From Nemertoderma westbladi (lineage: Eukaryota > Animalia > Xenacoelomorpha), in assembly GCA_032718475.1 (NCBI GenBank), contig JAUCBJ010005955.1, positions 1 to 33,051 of the forward strand: a DNA stretch of 33,051 nucleotides, written 5' to 3'. Below, in pieces: positions 14,901-25,146 of this stretch. Position numbers and translations under genes: made by a program. The notes beneath the pieces are model-generated. The model did no database searches and had not been told where the DNA came from. It saw nothing but the letters and a program-made list of their open reading frames with translations. The number at the start of each line of letters is the position of its first letter. Position 1 is the stretch's first letter.

Positions 14901-15878
14901 CGTATATTTTGCTTACTAAGCACCTGTTCGTGTGCTTTGCTTACTAAGAACTTTTTGGTGTATTTTTCTTACCGAGCACTTGTTCGTATATTTTGCTTAC
15001 TAAGCACCTGTTCGTGTGCTTTGCTTACGAAGAACTTGTTTTTGTGCTTTGCTTACTAAGAACTTTTTGGTGTATTTTGCTTACCAAGCACTTGTTCGTA
15101 TATTTTGCTTACTAAGCACCTGTTCGTGTGCTTTGCTTACTAAGAACTTTTTGGTGTATTTTGCTTACCAAGCACTTGTTCGTATATTTTGCTTACTAAG
15201 CACCTGTTTGTGTGCTTTGCTTACGAAGAACTTGTTTTTGTGCTTTGCTTACTGAGAACTTGTTGGTGTATTTTGCATACCAAGCACTTGTTCGTATATT
15301 TTGCTTACTAAGCACCTGTTCGTGTGCTTTGCTTACTAAGAACTTTTTGGTGTATTTTGCTTACCAAGCACTTGTTCGTATATTTTGCTTACTAAGCACC
15401 TGTTCGTGTGCTTTGCTTACGAAGAACTTGTTTTTGTGCTTTGCTTACTAAGAACTTTTTGGTGTATTTTGCTTACCAAGCACTTGTTCGTATATTTTGC
15501 TTACTAAGCACCTGTTCGTGTGCTTTGCTTACTAAGAACTTTTTGGTGTATTTTTCTTACCAAGCACTTGTTCGTATATTTTGCCTACTAAGCACCTGTT
15601 CGTGTGCTTTGCTTACGAAGAACTTGTTTTTGTGCTTTGCTTACTAAGAACTTTTTGGTGTATTTTGCTTACCAAGCACTTGTTCGTATATTTTGCTTAC
15701 TAAGCACCTGTTCGTGTGCTTTGCTTACTAAGAACTTTTTGGTGTATTTTGCTTTCCAAGCACTTGTTCGTATATTTTGCTTACTAAGCACCTGTTCGTG
15801 TGCTTTGCTTACGAAGAACTTGTTTTTGTGCTTTGCCTACTAAGCACTTGTTCGTAATTTTGCATACTAAGCACTTGT
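11905..15878. repeat. 28-bp satellite (about 140 monomers) with 84/196-bp higher-order repeats
   Basis: Four monomer types: a=CTTACTAAGAACTTTTTGGTGTATTTTG, b=CTTACCAAGCACTTGTTCGTATATTTTG, c=CTTACTAAGCACCTGTTCGTGTGCTTTG, d=CTTACGAAGAACTTGTTTTTGTGCTTTG. They are mostly arranged as abcabcd (196 bp). ORF-track starts recur every 196 bp (13835, 14031, 14227, 14423). Confidence 0.97.
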
Positions 15879-16051
15879 CAAAAATTGCCCTGGCAATTTT
15901 TGGCAAAGGCGTTCCAACGGCGCGATAAAATTTTACAACCACATAGAACGTGCATGACCTCATAGTACGTCATGGAACGTGGTTTCGAGTAACTTCTCGT
16001 ATACGTTTTATATTACCTTTATCCAATGAACATTTATTTTCTACTCCACAG

Positions 16052-16084
16052 TACGCGCATATCCTTACCGTACTACTGACACAG
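16052..16084 (+). CDS. Candidate 33-nt phase-1/phase-1 micro-exon of Msx (xRAYPYRTTDT)
   Basis: It is preceded by a pyrimidine tract and acceptor (TTTATTTTCTACTCCACAG) and followed by GTTTCT; the known Msx donor here is GTTTGT. The frame is open and joins the 18488 exon in phase (G|AT = Asp). There is no independent support. Confidence 0.22.
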
Positions 16085-16833
16085 GTTTCTTATGGTCTCT
16101 AGTCACGCCTTCATATATATATATTTACTTTATGTAATAATTAACAATAATGAGCATGTTGTAGTATTAAACTGAAATTGAATTAAGCTCTTGTCCGTGT
16201 GCTTTGCTTACTTAGGAACCCTGCCCGTCCCCAAACTAAAAATAACACAGTTTAGGCCTATATACCCAGCGTGTGTGTGTAGATTACGTCAAATTGTAGC
16301 ATCGCATTCCTCCAAAATTGGTTCAATTATACTGGCGGATTCCGAGATGAAATTGAATTAAGCGGCAGTTGTCTGTTAGATTGTTGGGCCCATCACCCCC
16401 GGTGAAATGTTTTGTTTCGTAATTACCATCTGATCAGAAACGTCAACATGGTTGCCAGTGACTGTGAGGGTGGCTATAAGAGAGTGGCCGAGCTCTAACC
16501 AATAGAATTATAGCTTGTCAACCCTGGGATAGAGCTGAGTAATGACCGTGGATGGGATGGCCTAATTGACAAATAGTCCTCCAAGTTATACAGCCCGACA
16601 ACGCGGCACCGAATGTTCGTTTCCGCTAAATAGTTTAACTTGGTTACTCCGACCGAGCCGTACCATCGGAATGTTAAGACTGAGTTCGGTTTACGGAAAT
16701 ATCTTTGAGCTGTATTATACTTTAGTATCATATTTGAAATAACGCTAATTTCTTAATTAACAAGCGCAAAATCGCTCAAAGGTCCGCGTCTACTAACTGT
16801 CTCCCCCTTGAATGGCTTACTACCAAAAAAATT

Positions 16834-16906
16834 CACGGGAAATAGGGATTGAACTCGGTACCTAGAGATTCCAAGCCCGACGCTCTACCAACTTCGCCAC
16901 TGCGTC
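16834..16906 (-). pseudogene. Degenerate tRNA-derived sequence (SINE head or tRNA pseudogene, Pro-TGG-like loop)
   Basis: Minus strand reads GACGCAGTGGCGAAGTTGGTAGAGCGTCGGGCTTGGAATCTCTAGGTACCGAGTTCAATCCC. It has an A box (TGGCGAAGTTGG), a B box (GAGTTCAATCC) and a downstream T7 run. The acceptor and anticodon stems do not pair well. Confidence 0.7.
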
Positions 16907-16940
16907 ATATTTTGCCTTATAACTAAAACATAACTGGAAA

Positions 16941-16998
16941 TCAACAACAATAACAACGCCAACAACAACAGCAACAACGGAGTGAATATTAGAGTTCT
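16941..16998. repeat. Imperfect (CAA)n microsatellite
   Basis: TCAACAACAATAACAACGCCAACAACAACAGCAACAACG, covering roughly 16941-16979. Confidence 0.6.
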
Positions 16999-17449
16999 CG
17001 CTACGCGGACAAAAAAATGACTTCTACTGTAACAACATCAACAATTCATTTTCAAATAAAAAATCCCCCGATTTCGAAAACTGATTCTAACTTTGTAATT
17101 TTATTTTATTCTCGATTAATCTGTTTTTTTATTGAATCGTTAACTATTATTTCTTCATACAGCTAGTTTGTTCTTTCAACACGTTCAAGCTAGTCATGGT
17201 GTATTGATAATGATAAGTATATATTATGATGAGGCAGTCGGAAGATAACTGCATCATAATAATTTGGTGTTCTTTCGATTGTAGTTCTTGATAACTTATT
17301 TATTTGTAATTTTGAATTTAATTTTTCGAATGACTGACATCTCTACTACTACTACTACGATCGCCATGCTGCATTACAGCTGCATTATATATATATTACA
17401 TATATATTAAAAATGCTGTGCCGGCTTGTTGACAAAATTTCGTCGCCAC

Positions 17450-17676
17450 AACCTGACAACACCATAACACCCATGACATTTGCTAGATTATCCGCAAGAA
17501 AGTCATGGGCTGTCCACCATGCTTATTCACTCCATGAGGCCGCCAAAGCACACGATTATGCACTTGCTGGACAGTCTATTTAACGCTGCCCAGCCCATGC
17601 CTTCCCTTGCGTATCCGAAGGTCTTGACTTTCGGACCCCCGATCCCAAGTAGCTGAAGTCATCCACGTGCTCAAAC
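17450..17676 (-). mobile_element. Degenerate, internally deleted RTE-clade LINE 3' fragment
   Basis: 17470-17570 resembles 27672-27770 (AGATTATCCG..GAAAGTCATGGG..CCACCA..GCCAAAGCAC..GATTATGC). 17640-17675 encodes HVDDFSYLG on the minus strand, as does 28818-28853. Confidence 0.7.
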
Positions 17677-17688
17677 AAGCCGCCCTAG

Positions 17689-18290
17689 GGTACGTACTAA
17701 AAGGTAGAACGATCTATAACGGGCTATAACGATATGTAACGGGCTATAACTTCCTATAACAAGCTATAACCACCTATAACGAGTTATAATATGAAAATTT
17801 ACAATAAAAAACATATTCTAGAATGGATTTATTTTCCTAGTCAGTAATTTAATTACGCAATTAGGTTTTTTAGTCCATAATGCTTTTCATCTTTGTGGTA
17901 TCACGAAATCAGTCATTACTGCATTAATCAGCATGCCACTACTGCATTATCTGACTATCAGACAGTGCAGCAGAGGAGAGGTCTCCCATCTCCCTGTCTA
18001 TCCTCCATCCTGCTATCCGCTGTCAACTTTTGCTCGATATAGAATACATGAATATAGTGAGCAATAAAGGCAATAAAAAAACTTACCAGTATCAATTAGG
18101 CATAGGCAGATAGGCCTACCCTAATTTTTAACCTGCGGTATTTTTCAGAACACCGTGTTAATCCAAAAGTTAAACACACCGTAATGTAAATTTTCATATT
18201 ATAGCTCGTTATAGGTGGTTATAGCTTGTATATAGGAAGTTATAGCCCGTTATAGCCCGTTATAGAACGTTCTACCTTTTAGTACGTACC
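17689..18290. mobile_element. Non-autonomous MULE-like MITE in the intron upstream of the Msx homeobox exon
   Basis: TIRs are about 105-115 bp, start GGTACGTACTAAAAGGTAGAACG and contain 10-bp (nnnCTATAAC) subrepeats. The 9-bp TSD is CCGCCCTAG (17680-17688) / CCGACCTAG (18291-18299). GG..CC ends with a 9-bp TSD are typical of Mutator-like elements. Confidence 0.85.
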
Positions 18291-18487
18291 CCGACCTAGA
18301 GCTTATGCCCTTTCGATTAGACATTTCTTGAGGGCTGTCTACAGTAGGTTTACAAAAAGACCAACACTAGAAGCTCTAAAGTTTCAGTGGAACAAAATTA
18401 CATATATTCCTGCAAGTATTTTTACATTAGAGTCATTTAAAAAGATATGTTTCCTACTTCGTAAAATAATTTATGCTTATTTTATAG

Positions 18488-18690
18488 ATTATGAATCGGA
18501 CACGCAAGTCGCTAAAGGTCACAACCCCCAAAACTGTACGTTAAGGAAACACAAGGCAAACCGAAAACCCCGAACACCGTTCACAACCCATCAACTTCTC
18601 GCGTTGGAGAGAAAATTCCGTGACAAACAATATCTCTCGATATCAGAGCGAGCCTCTTTCTCTGCCTCACTATTGCTTTCCGAAACACAG
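18488..18690 (+). CDS. Msx: Msx/msh homeobox gene copy 1, internal exon (homeodomain residues 1-44)
   Basis: Acceptor TTTATAG, phase 1. Encodes [52 protein letters not shown], which includes the Msx-diagnostic [17 protein letters not shown]. Donor GTTTGT at 18691. Confidence 0.96.
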
Positions 18691-18819
18691 GTTTGTAAAC
18701 ATATATAAAATATCGAATTATAAATATTACAATTAATAAAAACAATTTCCGGTCTCTTATATTTCTTCATTCAGAACTGACTTAATATTAGTAAATCATT
18801 TTTAAATTATTATTTACAG

Positions 18820-19026
18820 GTTAAAATTTGGTTTCAAAACAGGCGGGCTAAGCAAAAGCGCTTGCAAGAAGCGGAAATAGAACGGTTAAAATTACAAGCA
18901 AGGATGATGATGTACCCTGGTTACCAAGCAGACCCGTATTTGCGGACTATAATAGACCCTTACCAAGGAATATCCAATGGAATTGACTGCAGTCGCTATT
19001 TGTCACCTCCATACTGGCAAATGTAA
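18820..19026 (+). CDS. Msx: Msx copy 1, terminal coding exon
   Basis: Follows a 129-nt GT..AG intron (18691-18819). Encodes [34 protein letters not shown]...PPYWQM*. RLQEAE(I/L)E(R/K)LK is the conserved Msx post-homeodomain motif. This exon is missing from the ORF track. Confidence 0.95.
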   Translation, partial: VKIWFQNRRAKQKRLQEAEIERLKLQARMMMYPGYQADPYLRTIIDPYQGISNGIDCSRYLSPPYWQM

Positions 19027-19335
19027 ACTTTACAGTACTGTATAATTAATTTCATTGCGTCGTGCAGTGTACTTTTGCATAAGATTATCGTTTGGCATTA
19101 CGCAGTAATTTTTATTGTTACAATTTTTTTAATTATTCACTCACTCATATACATCACATACATACAGGTACGTAAGTTAAAGTTGCCTAACATTAAGGAA
19201 TAGCCTGCGTGTAGCTTTTATAAAGTAAAAATTAGTGTAAATTAGCAAAATAGTTAGGAATAGCAATGTGTAGCATTTTTAGTTGCTTTAATTTAAAGGA
19301 ACACATTAATTTATAATATAAAAAGACAATCGAAT

Positions 19336-19341
19336 AATAAA
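19336..19341 (+). promoter_or_regulatory. Candidate poly(A) signal of Msx copy 1 (equivalent at 25461-25466 in copy 2)
   Basis: AATAAA lies about 310 nt after the stop codon. The AT-rich context makes this weak evidence. Confidence 0.4.
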
Positions 19342-19372
19342 AGCGAATCTTATATGTTAAAGGATTTATTAA

Positions 19373-20156
19373 CCCTATTAAACCCGGGGGGGGGGGGTCA
19401 ATATGACCCCTCCCGTGGTTTTTTTGTTATAACACTGAAACAAACGCAGTGGGGGATCTGAAATTTTGTGATTTTTCCTAAAAATCTATTGTCTTCCTAA
19501 TAGTGAAAACGGTTTTCGAGTTATAGCACCATTTTTTAACCCTACTTTTGGCACTTTTTTTGAGGCGTTTTTTTAAAATTACATTTCATTAAATATGATT
19601 TGTAATATCTCGATTTACACCGGTTTTTTGGTGATTGCAATTAGATGGAATTATTCTAAATGATAGTAATCAGATCATTTTTAAACAGTTTCCAATGGAT
19701 TTTGCGCCCCAGAAAACCTGTATTGAAAAACAATTAGCCGAAAATTATGGATGTAGGACAATTCGGTCCCGGACAATTCGGTCCGGACAATTCGGTCCCG
19801 GACAATTCGGTCCCAAAACACTAAATAAATGGGACCGAATTGTCCGGGACCGAATAGTCCGGGACCGAATTGTCCGGGACCGAATTGTCCGGGACCGAAT
19901 TGTCCGGTACCGAATTGTCCTGCTTCCGAAAATTATAACTTTCAAATTTTATGAAAATTGTTCACTACTTGTAATTTTGGTGCAGCAAAATAACCACCCC
20001 AATACTTTTTTTAGAATTTTTTCGGTCGGTTTCGTACAAGTGAGATCTACATAAAATCAGACGTATTTGTTAAAATTTGTAGATTTTAGAGGGAGGGGTC
20101 AATATGACCCCACTCCGGTGTACAACATTTTATAGCCCGGTACTACAGTAATAGGG
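19373..20156. mobile_element. piggyBac-like non-autonomous element
   Basis: Ends read TTAA|CCCTATTA ... TAATAGGG|TTAA. The subterminal palindrome GGGGTCAATATGACCCC occurs near both ends. CCC..GGG termini with a TTAA TSD are piggyBac hallmarks. Confidence 0.85.
19749..19927. mobile_element. 179-bp foldback MULE-like MITE nested in the piggyBac-like element
   Basis: Arms are built of 15-bp GGACAATTCGGTCCC units in inverted orientation. Ends are GGATGTAGGACAATT / AATTGTCCTGCTTCC. The 9-bp TSD GAAAATTAT is perfect (19740-19748 and 19928-19936). Confidence 0.9.
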
Positions 20157-20372
20157 TTAAAGTTACACTAAACTTTTTGGTTTACACGGTTAAACAGCAC
20201 AACTAAGCATTTGAACCAAGACCGGGAGACAAGGTAAAATTCAAATACCAGCTTTTGAGGGTTTTTATGTGAGGTTTTATAATTGATTATAATTATGAAA
20301 ATATACTAAGTGTAATCAGAAAAGTAAATTAATACTTTACAGTCTATTATACTTGAATATATAATCATAATT

Positions 20373-20537
20373 TTTTTTTTTTTTTTTTTTTTTGATAGTA
20401 TAATAACATAGTTGATACAATGGATTTCAAATTGCACTATTACACCCTATCACCAAATCTGATTTATACAATGAGGTACAGTGATACGGATGTAAGGGGG
20501 AAATTCAAAACAGTTGGTTGTTTATGTCAGTATGTTG
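20373..20537 (-). mobile_element. 5'-truncated poly(A)-tailed retro-insertion
   Basis: A T23 run at 20371-20393 is the poly(A) on the minus strand. A perfect 15-bp TSD TATATAATCATAATT lies at 20358-20372 and 20538-20552. Confidence 0.85.
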
Positions 20538-20636
20538 TATATAATCATAATTGACAATCAATATTATTATACTTAAAAATTTAGTAAATATATCTTATAC
20601 ATACATGTATATGTATGCATGTATACATGTCTTATA

Positions 20637-21716
20637 CACGAAGTGGGGCCTTCGCGCAGCACGTGACTTAAATTTAATTTAAGTACTAATTCGAAAGTAT
20701 TACTGTATTAGCAAATTTTAAGCAGATTTCGCCTAATCACTTTTTACCTCTTTCATTTCTATTCAGACATTTCTGACTCTAGCGGTATAGTGAGAACTGA
20801 AGATGGATTAGGGTCTCCAGCCCCACAAAGACACAGCCTATGGATGAATAGTACATACGTACATCGGCCAAGTTTCATCTTGAATAACGGATAACGAAAT
20901 GAGAGACGGATCTCACTTTCAGAAATTTCGTCGTATAGCGGCAGACCGATTAAATCTCCCCCCCCCCCCCCCCACAAAGACGCAGCATGTGGTCCAGAAT
21001 ATATGGCAAGATTCAGCTTAAACTGATTAAAATCAATGAGACGGGAGAATCTATTCACTTTCAGGCATAAAAGTAGTCCTATAGCGGGTGACTGTTGAAC
21101 TGATTTTCAACAAAACAAATTTTCAACTTGGCAGCTTTAAATTCGACAAAGTTATAAGCATGTCAATATCATAACGACGACAACGATTTCACTTTCAGAC
21201 ATTTGGCCCTCTAGCGGCAGACTGGAGAACTGCAGATGGATTCGCCTCCTTTGAAAGTCACAGCTAATGGTCTAATACATATCTGCCAAGTTTCAGCTTA
21301 AACGGATTAAAAGCAAAGAAATGGGAGGGCATTTAATGTTTAGACATGTGGCCCTCTAGCGGGAGACCATTACACTGATGGTGTCTGAAAGTCTCTCAAA
21401 AATCTCAACTTTAGCTCATATTGATACCTACAAATTTTCAACTTGGCAGCTTTAAATCCGACAAAGTTATTAGCATGTCAAAATCGTAACGACGACAACG
21501 ACGACGACGACAACGACGACGACGACGACAACGACGACGACGACAACTATTTGCATAAATTGACCCACCCCCTAACAGTGTCAATTCGCTAAGGCTCCGC
21601 CAACTTCGTGGCTCGCCCCACGACAACGACGACGACGATAACTATTTGCATAAATTGACCCACCCCCTAACAGTGTCAATTCGCTAAGGCTCCGCCAACT
21701 TCGTGGCTCGCCCCAC
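20637..21716 (+). mobile_element. Helentron/HINE (DINE-1-like) non-autonomous element, putative
   Basis: The 5' CACGAAGTGGGGC is near-complementary to the 3' GCCAACTTCGTG (subTIR), which sits in a terminal imperfect hairpin. Diverged internal repeats contain CTCTAGCGG and GCCAAGTTTCA motifs. An (ACG/ACA)n microsatellite precedes the 3' end. The class is assigned by architecture only. Confidence 0.55.
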
Positions 21717-22190
21717 ATCTCATACATGCAACATATTATTTCCAATAGCTAAGTACAAATTTCACCGGTTTATTTTTTAATATACAGGATATGTGGGGAT
21801 ATAACCTTTCATATAACTAGTACTATGCGGTGCTTCTTTTGCAGGAAATAAAGTAAATCTCATGTATTTCTATATCTTTATCTCCCGCTGGGATATAAAG
21901 ATCAACAATATAGTTATAAATGCTGGACCTTCACCACCATAGCAGGACAGAAAGAAAACTTAAAGAATATTAACTACGATATTGACAACCATTCATAGGC
22001 CGATAGGCCGGTTCAGTTTGGAAGGCCGAGTTCCTATGTTAATTCAGAATAAAAAAAAGCTTCTTAGCCCCGTTAATAAATAAACTAGTTTCTCTTAATA
22101 AATCAATGTTTCTGCCAGCAGGGCTATCGTCAGGATTATAAAGTTCTAATACTGTAATATAAAAAATACTCAGCCTACATATAAAAGATA

Positions 22191-23080
22191 TCAGCAAAGA
22201 AAGACAAACGTCTGGTTATTATCTTTGTTGACTTCTTTAACACTCGACCACGTATGTGCAGCATACTTGCAGCAGCATATGGGATTCCTGAGGAAATTAT
22301 TGCAGCTATAAAGATCACTGTACGCTTGTTCCACCACATTTGTGTCTACTGCTGATGGTGACACAGATCCAAGTCTTATGGGGAGTTCTTCAGGGTGACA
22401 AACTTGCACCATATTTATTGATATTATTTGTGGTTTTTGATGTTCTACACATGTCCTTAGACCATCTTAATAAAGATGGGGTTATGGCAACACCCCCCAC
22501 TGGCTCAAGAAGAGGAGGAAATACAGCAAAGTACCTTACAGATCTGGACTTTGCCGATGACATAAGGGTAGAATCACTAGAGGGAGCCCAACGGATCCTC
22601 TGTTCATTGGATCAGGTTACTTCTAGTGTTGGTCTGTTTGTAAATTCCAATCGAAGACCAAAATTATGACAGTGAACCTTGGCATCCGTCAAGAAATGTC
22701 TGATCATTAGAGCATAAACTCCAGGAATGGCTTGCTGTAACATGTGGTTGACTTCTGCTACTACTTGTCCGGAAGTCAGGTGAAGGCCTTCGGCATGAAC
22801 TGCATTTAATAGTCTGTCCAGGATTTGGAAGTCCCATAAAATAAAACGGAATCTCAAGGGGTTCCACTCTTATATGGGAGGGAGTCCATGCTGGGCTCTA
22901 GCTGCAGACGATACCAAATCTCTGGATGGCACTTTCACAAGAATGATTTCACATGGGTTCATTGTGTTAAGTACAATGAACACATCTCCAATTAGACTCT
23001 ATACAACATTGGAGGTGTTTCATTAATCTCCCCTAGCTTTACACCTGAACGGAGCCGCCTCCGTTTTGCAGGACATTCTA
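22191..23080 (+). mobile_element. Degenerate RTE-clade LINE ORF fragment (RT domain to C-terminus)
   Basis: Frameshifted pieces encode YGIPEEII, GVLQGDKLAPYL, DLDFADDI (RT catalytic motif) and RLRFAGH. It belongs to the same family as 23475-24152, in the opposite orientation. Confidence 0.9.
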
Positions 23081-23474
23081 TATGGGTATTCTAAAGTTGC
23101 ATGGTTTTACACCTGCGCGCGCAAGGCTATTTTATTCAATTTAATAAATACACCATATTCTAGAACATTTTGTTTATTCCATACGTAGCTGGGCAACAAT
23201 GCAATAACTCTGTAATCAACTATTCTGTAGCTATTCATACAGAAACAAAGTGTCCCAGAATATTGTTTATTTGTTAAATAGAATAAAATAACCTCTCGCA
23301 GGCGCAATACCATACAACTTTCGAACGCTCATCTATTATCATCTATAATACGAAATTCCGATTGTGATACATATTTGGAATCCTTGCATGGCCAGCTTTC
23401 TAACTGTACCAACAAATCACTATAAGATTAAAGAATAACTGCGGTGTAACTTGTTCAATATCGACGGAGTTATT

Positions 23475-24152
23475 GGCAGGAATTCCTCGACTTCTGGAGC
23501 CAGTAGGTGGAGTTATCATCACCCCATCATCATTATAATGATCTAAGGACATGCGTAGAACATAGTCAACCACAATAATGAACAAGAATGGTGCAAGTGT
23601 GTCTCCTTGGAGGACGCCCCATAACACTTCAAATGGTTCTGTGTCACCGTCAACAGTAGACACAAATGTTGTCGAACCATCGTATACTGATCTGATTGCT
23701 GCAATAATTTCATCAGGAATCCCATATAATGAAAGTATGCTGAACATACGTGAGCGAGAGACTGAATCAAAGGCCTTGAAGAAGTCAACAAAGATAACAG
23801 CCAGATGCCTGTCTTTCTTTTTTGATAACTCTTCAATTATCCTTCTAAGTGCCAAAATGGGCTCCATGGTCCCACGACCTTTACGGAACGCATTCTGATT
23901 TCCACGGAGAGGTCTCTCAATGGGATCCCTGATGCGATTTAATAGAATCCTATTGTATAGCTTTGCAGCAATCGAGATCAATGAGATTCCCCGAAAAGAA
24001 CCATAGAGTGTTAGGTTGCCCTTCTTGGGAACTGGCACCAACTTATTTGTTTTCATTTCTTGTGGGACTCTTGTTGTTCGGTACATGTCTACTATGATGG
24101 GATAGATGAGCTTTAAACACTCAGGTATTTTAAAGACCTCAGGGGGAACACC
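23475..24152 (-). mobile_element. RTE-clade LINE reverse-transcriptase fragment, open frame, truncated at both ends
   Basis: Encodes PVPKKG, FRGISL, QNAFRKGR, FVDFFKAFDSV and GVLQGDTLAPFLF. It ends before the FADD motif, and its 5' side abuts the Msx duplicate. Confidence 0.93.
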
Positions 24153-24607
24153 ATACATGAATATAGTGAGCAATATAGGCCAATAACAAAACTTATCAGT
24201 ATCAATTAGGCATAGGCAGATAGGCCTACCTTAATTTTTAACCTGCGGTATTTTTCAGACCACCGTGTTAATCCAAAAGTTAAACACACCGTAATGTAAA
24301 TTTTCATATTATAGCTCGTTATAGGTGGTTATAGCTTGTTTATAGGAAGTTATAGCCCGTTATAGATCGTTATAGCCCGTTATAGAACGTTCTACCTTTT
24401 AGTACGTACCCCGCCCTAGAGCTTATGCCCTTACGATTAGACATTTCTTGAGGGCTGTCTACAGTAGGTTTACAAAAAGACCAACACTAGAAGCTCTAAA
24501 GTTTCAGTGGAACAAAATTACATAAATTCCTGCAAGTATTTTTACATTAGAGTCATTTAAATAGATATGTTTCCTACTTCGTAAAATAATTTATGCTTAT
24601 TTAATAG

Positions 24608-24810
24608 ATTATGAATCGGACACGCAAGTCGCTAAAGGTCACAACCCCCAAAACTGTACGTTAAGGAAACACAAGGCAAACCGAAAACCCCGAACACCGT
24701 TCACAACCCATCAACTTCTCGCGTTGGAGAGAAAATTCCGTGACAAACAATATCTCTCGATATCAGAGCGAGCCTCTTTCTCTGCCTCACTATTGCTTTC
24801 AGAAACACAG
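24608..24810 (+). CDS. Msx: Msx copy 2, internal homeobox exon (intact frame and splice sites; expression unknown)
   Basis: Identical to 18488-18690 except one synonymous change (TCC>TCA). Acceptor TTAATAG, donor GTTTGT. Missing from the ORF track. Confidence 0.8.
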
Positions 24811-24939
24811 GTTTGTAAACATATATAAAATATCGAATTATAAATATTACAATTAATAAAAACAATTTCCGGTCTCTTATATTTCTTCATTCAGAACTGA
24901 CTTAATATTAGTAAATCATTTTTAAATTATTATTTACAG

Positions 24940-25146
24940 GTTAAAATTTGGTTTCAAAACAGGCGGGCTAAGCAAAAGCGCTTGCAAGAAGCGGAAATAG
25001 AACGGTTAAAATTACAAGCAAGGATGATGATGTACCCTGGTTACCAAGCAGACCCGTATTTGCGGACTATAATAGACCCTTACCAAGGAATATCCAATGG
25101 AATTGACTGCAGTCGCTTTCTGTCACCTCCATACTGGCAAATGTAA
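24940..25146 (+). CDS. Msx: Msx copy 2, terminal coding exon
   Basis: Identical to 18820-19026 except TAT>TTT (Y>F) and TTG>CTG (synonymous). The stop TAA is retained. Confidence 0.8.
   Translation, partial: VKIWFQNRRAKQKRLQEAEIERLKLQARMMMYPGYQADPYLRTIIDPYQGISNGIDCSRFLSPPYWQM

Noticed and set aside
12515-15843. Cys-containing 28-aa periodic ORFs, possibly a C2H2 zinc-finger array
   Set aside because: The true period is 28 nt, frames shift at every d monomer, and there is no C-x2-C...H-x3-H pattern or TGEKP linker.
11905-15878. CRISPR array (also considered for 1-11904 and 31719-31983)
   Set aside because: Repeats are contiguous with no unique spacers, there are no cas genes, and the context is eukaryotic.
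16280-16770. Cluster of TAATT motifs as an Msx autoregulatory enhancer
   Set aside because: Such motifs are expected by chance in AT-rich DNA, and no conservation data are available.
18328-18487. N-terminal part of the 126-aa ORF as Msx coding sequence
   Set aside because: It has a TTG start, reads through AT-rich intron up to a clear acceptor, and copy 2 has stop codons there.
21438-21626. Protamine-like Arg/Cys-rich ORF
   Set aside because: It is a translation of the (ACG/ACA)n microsatellite in a repeat element.
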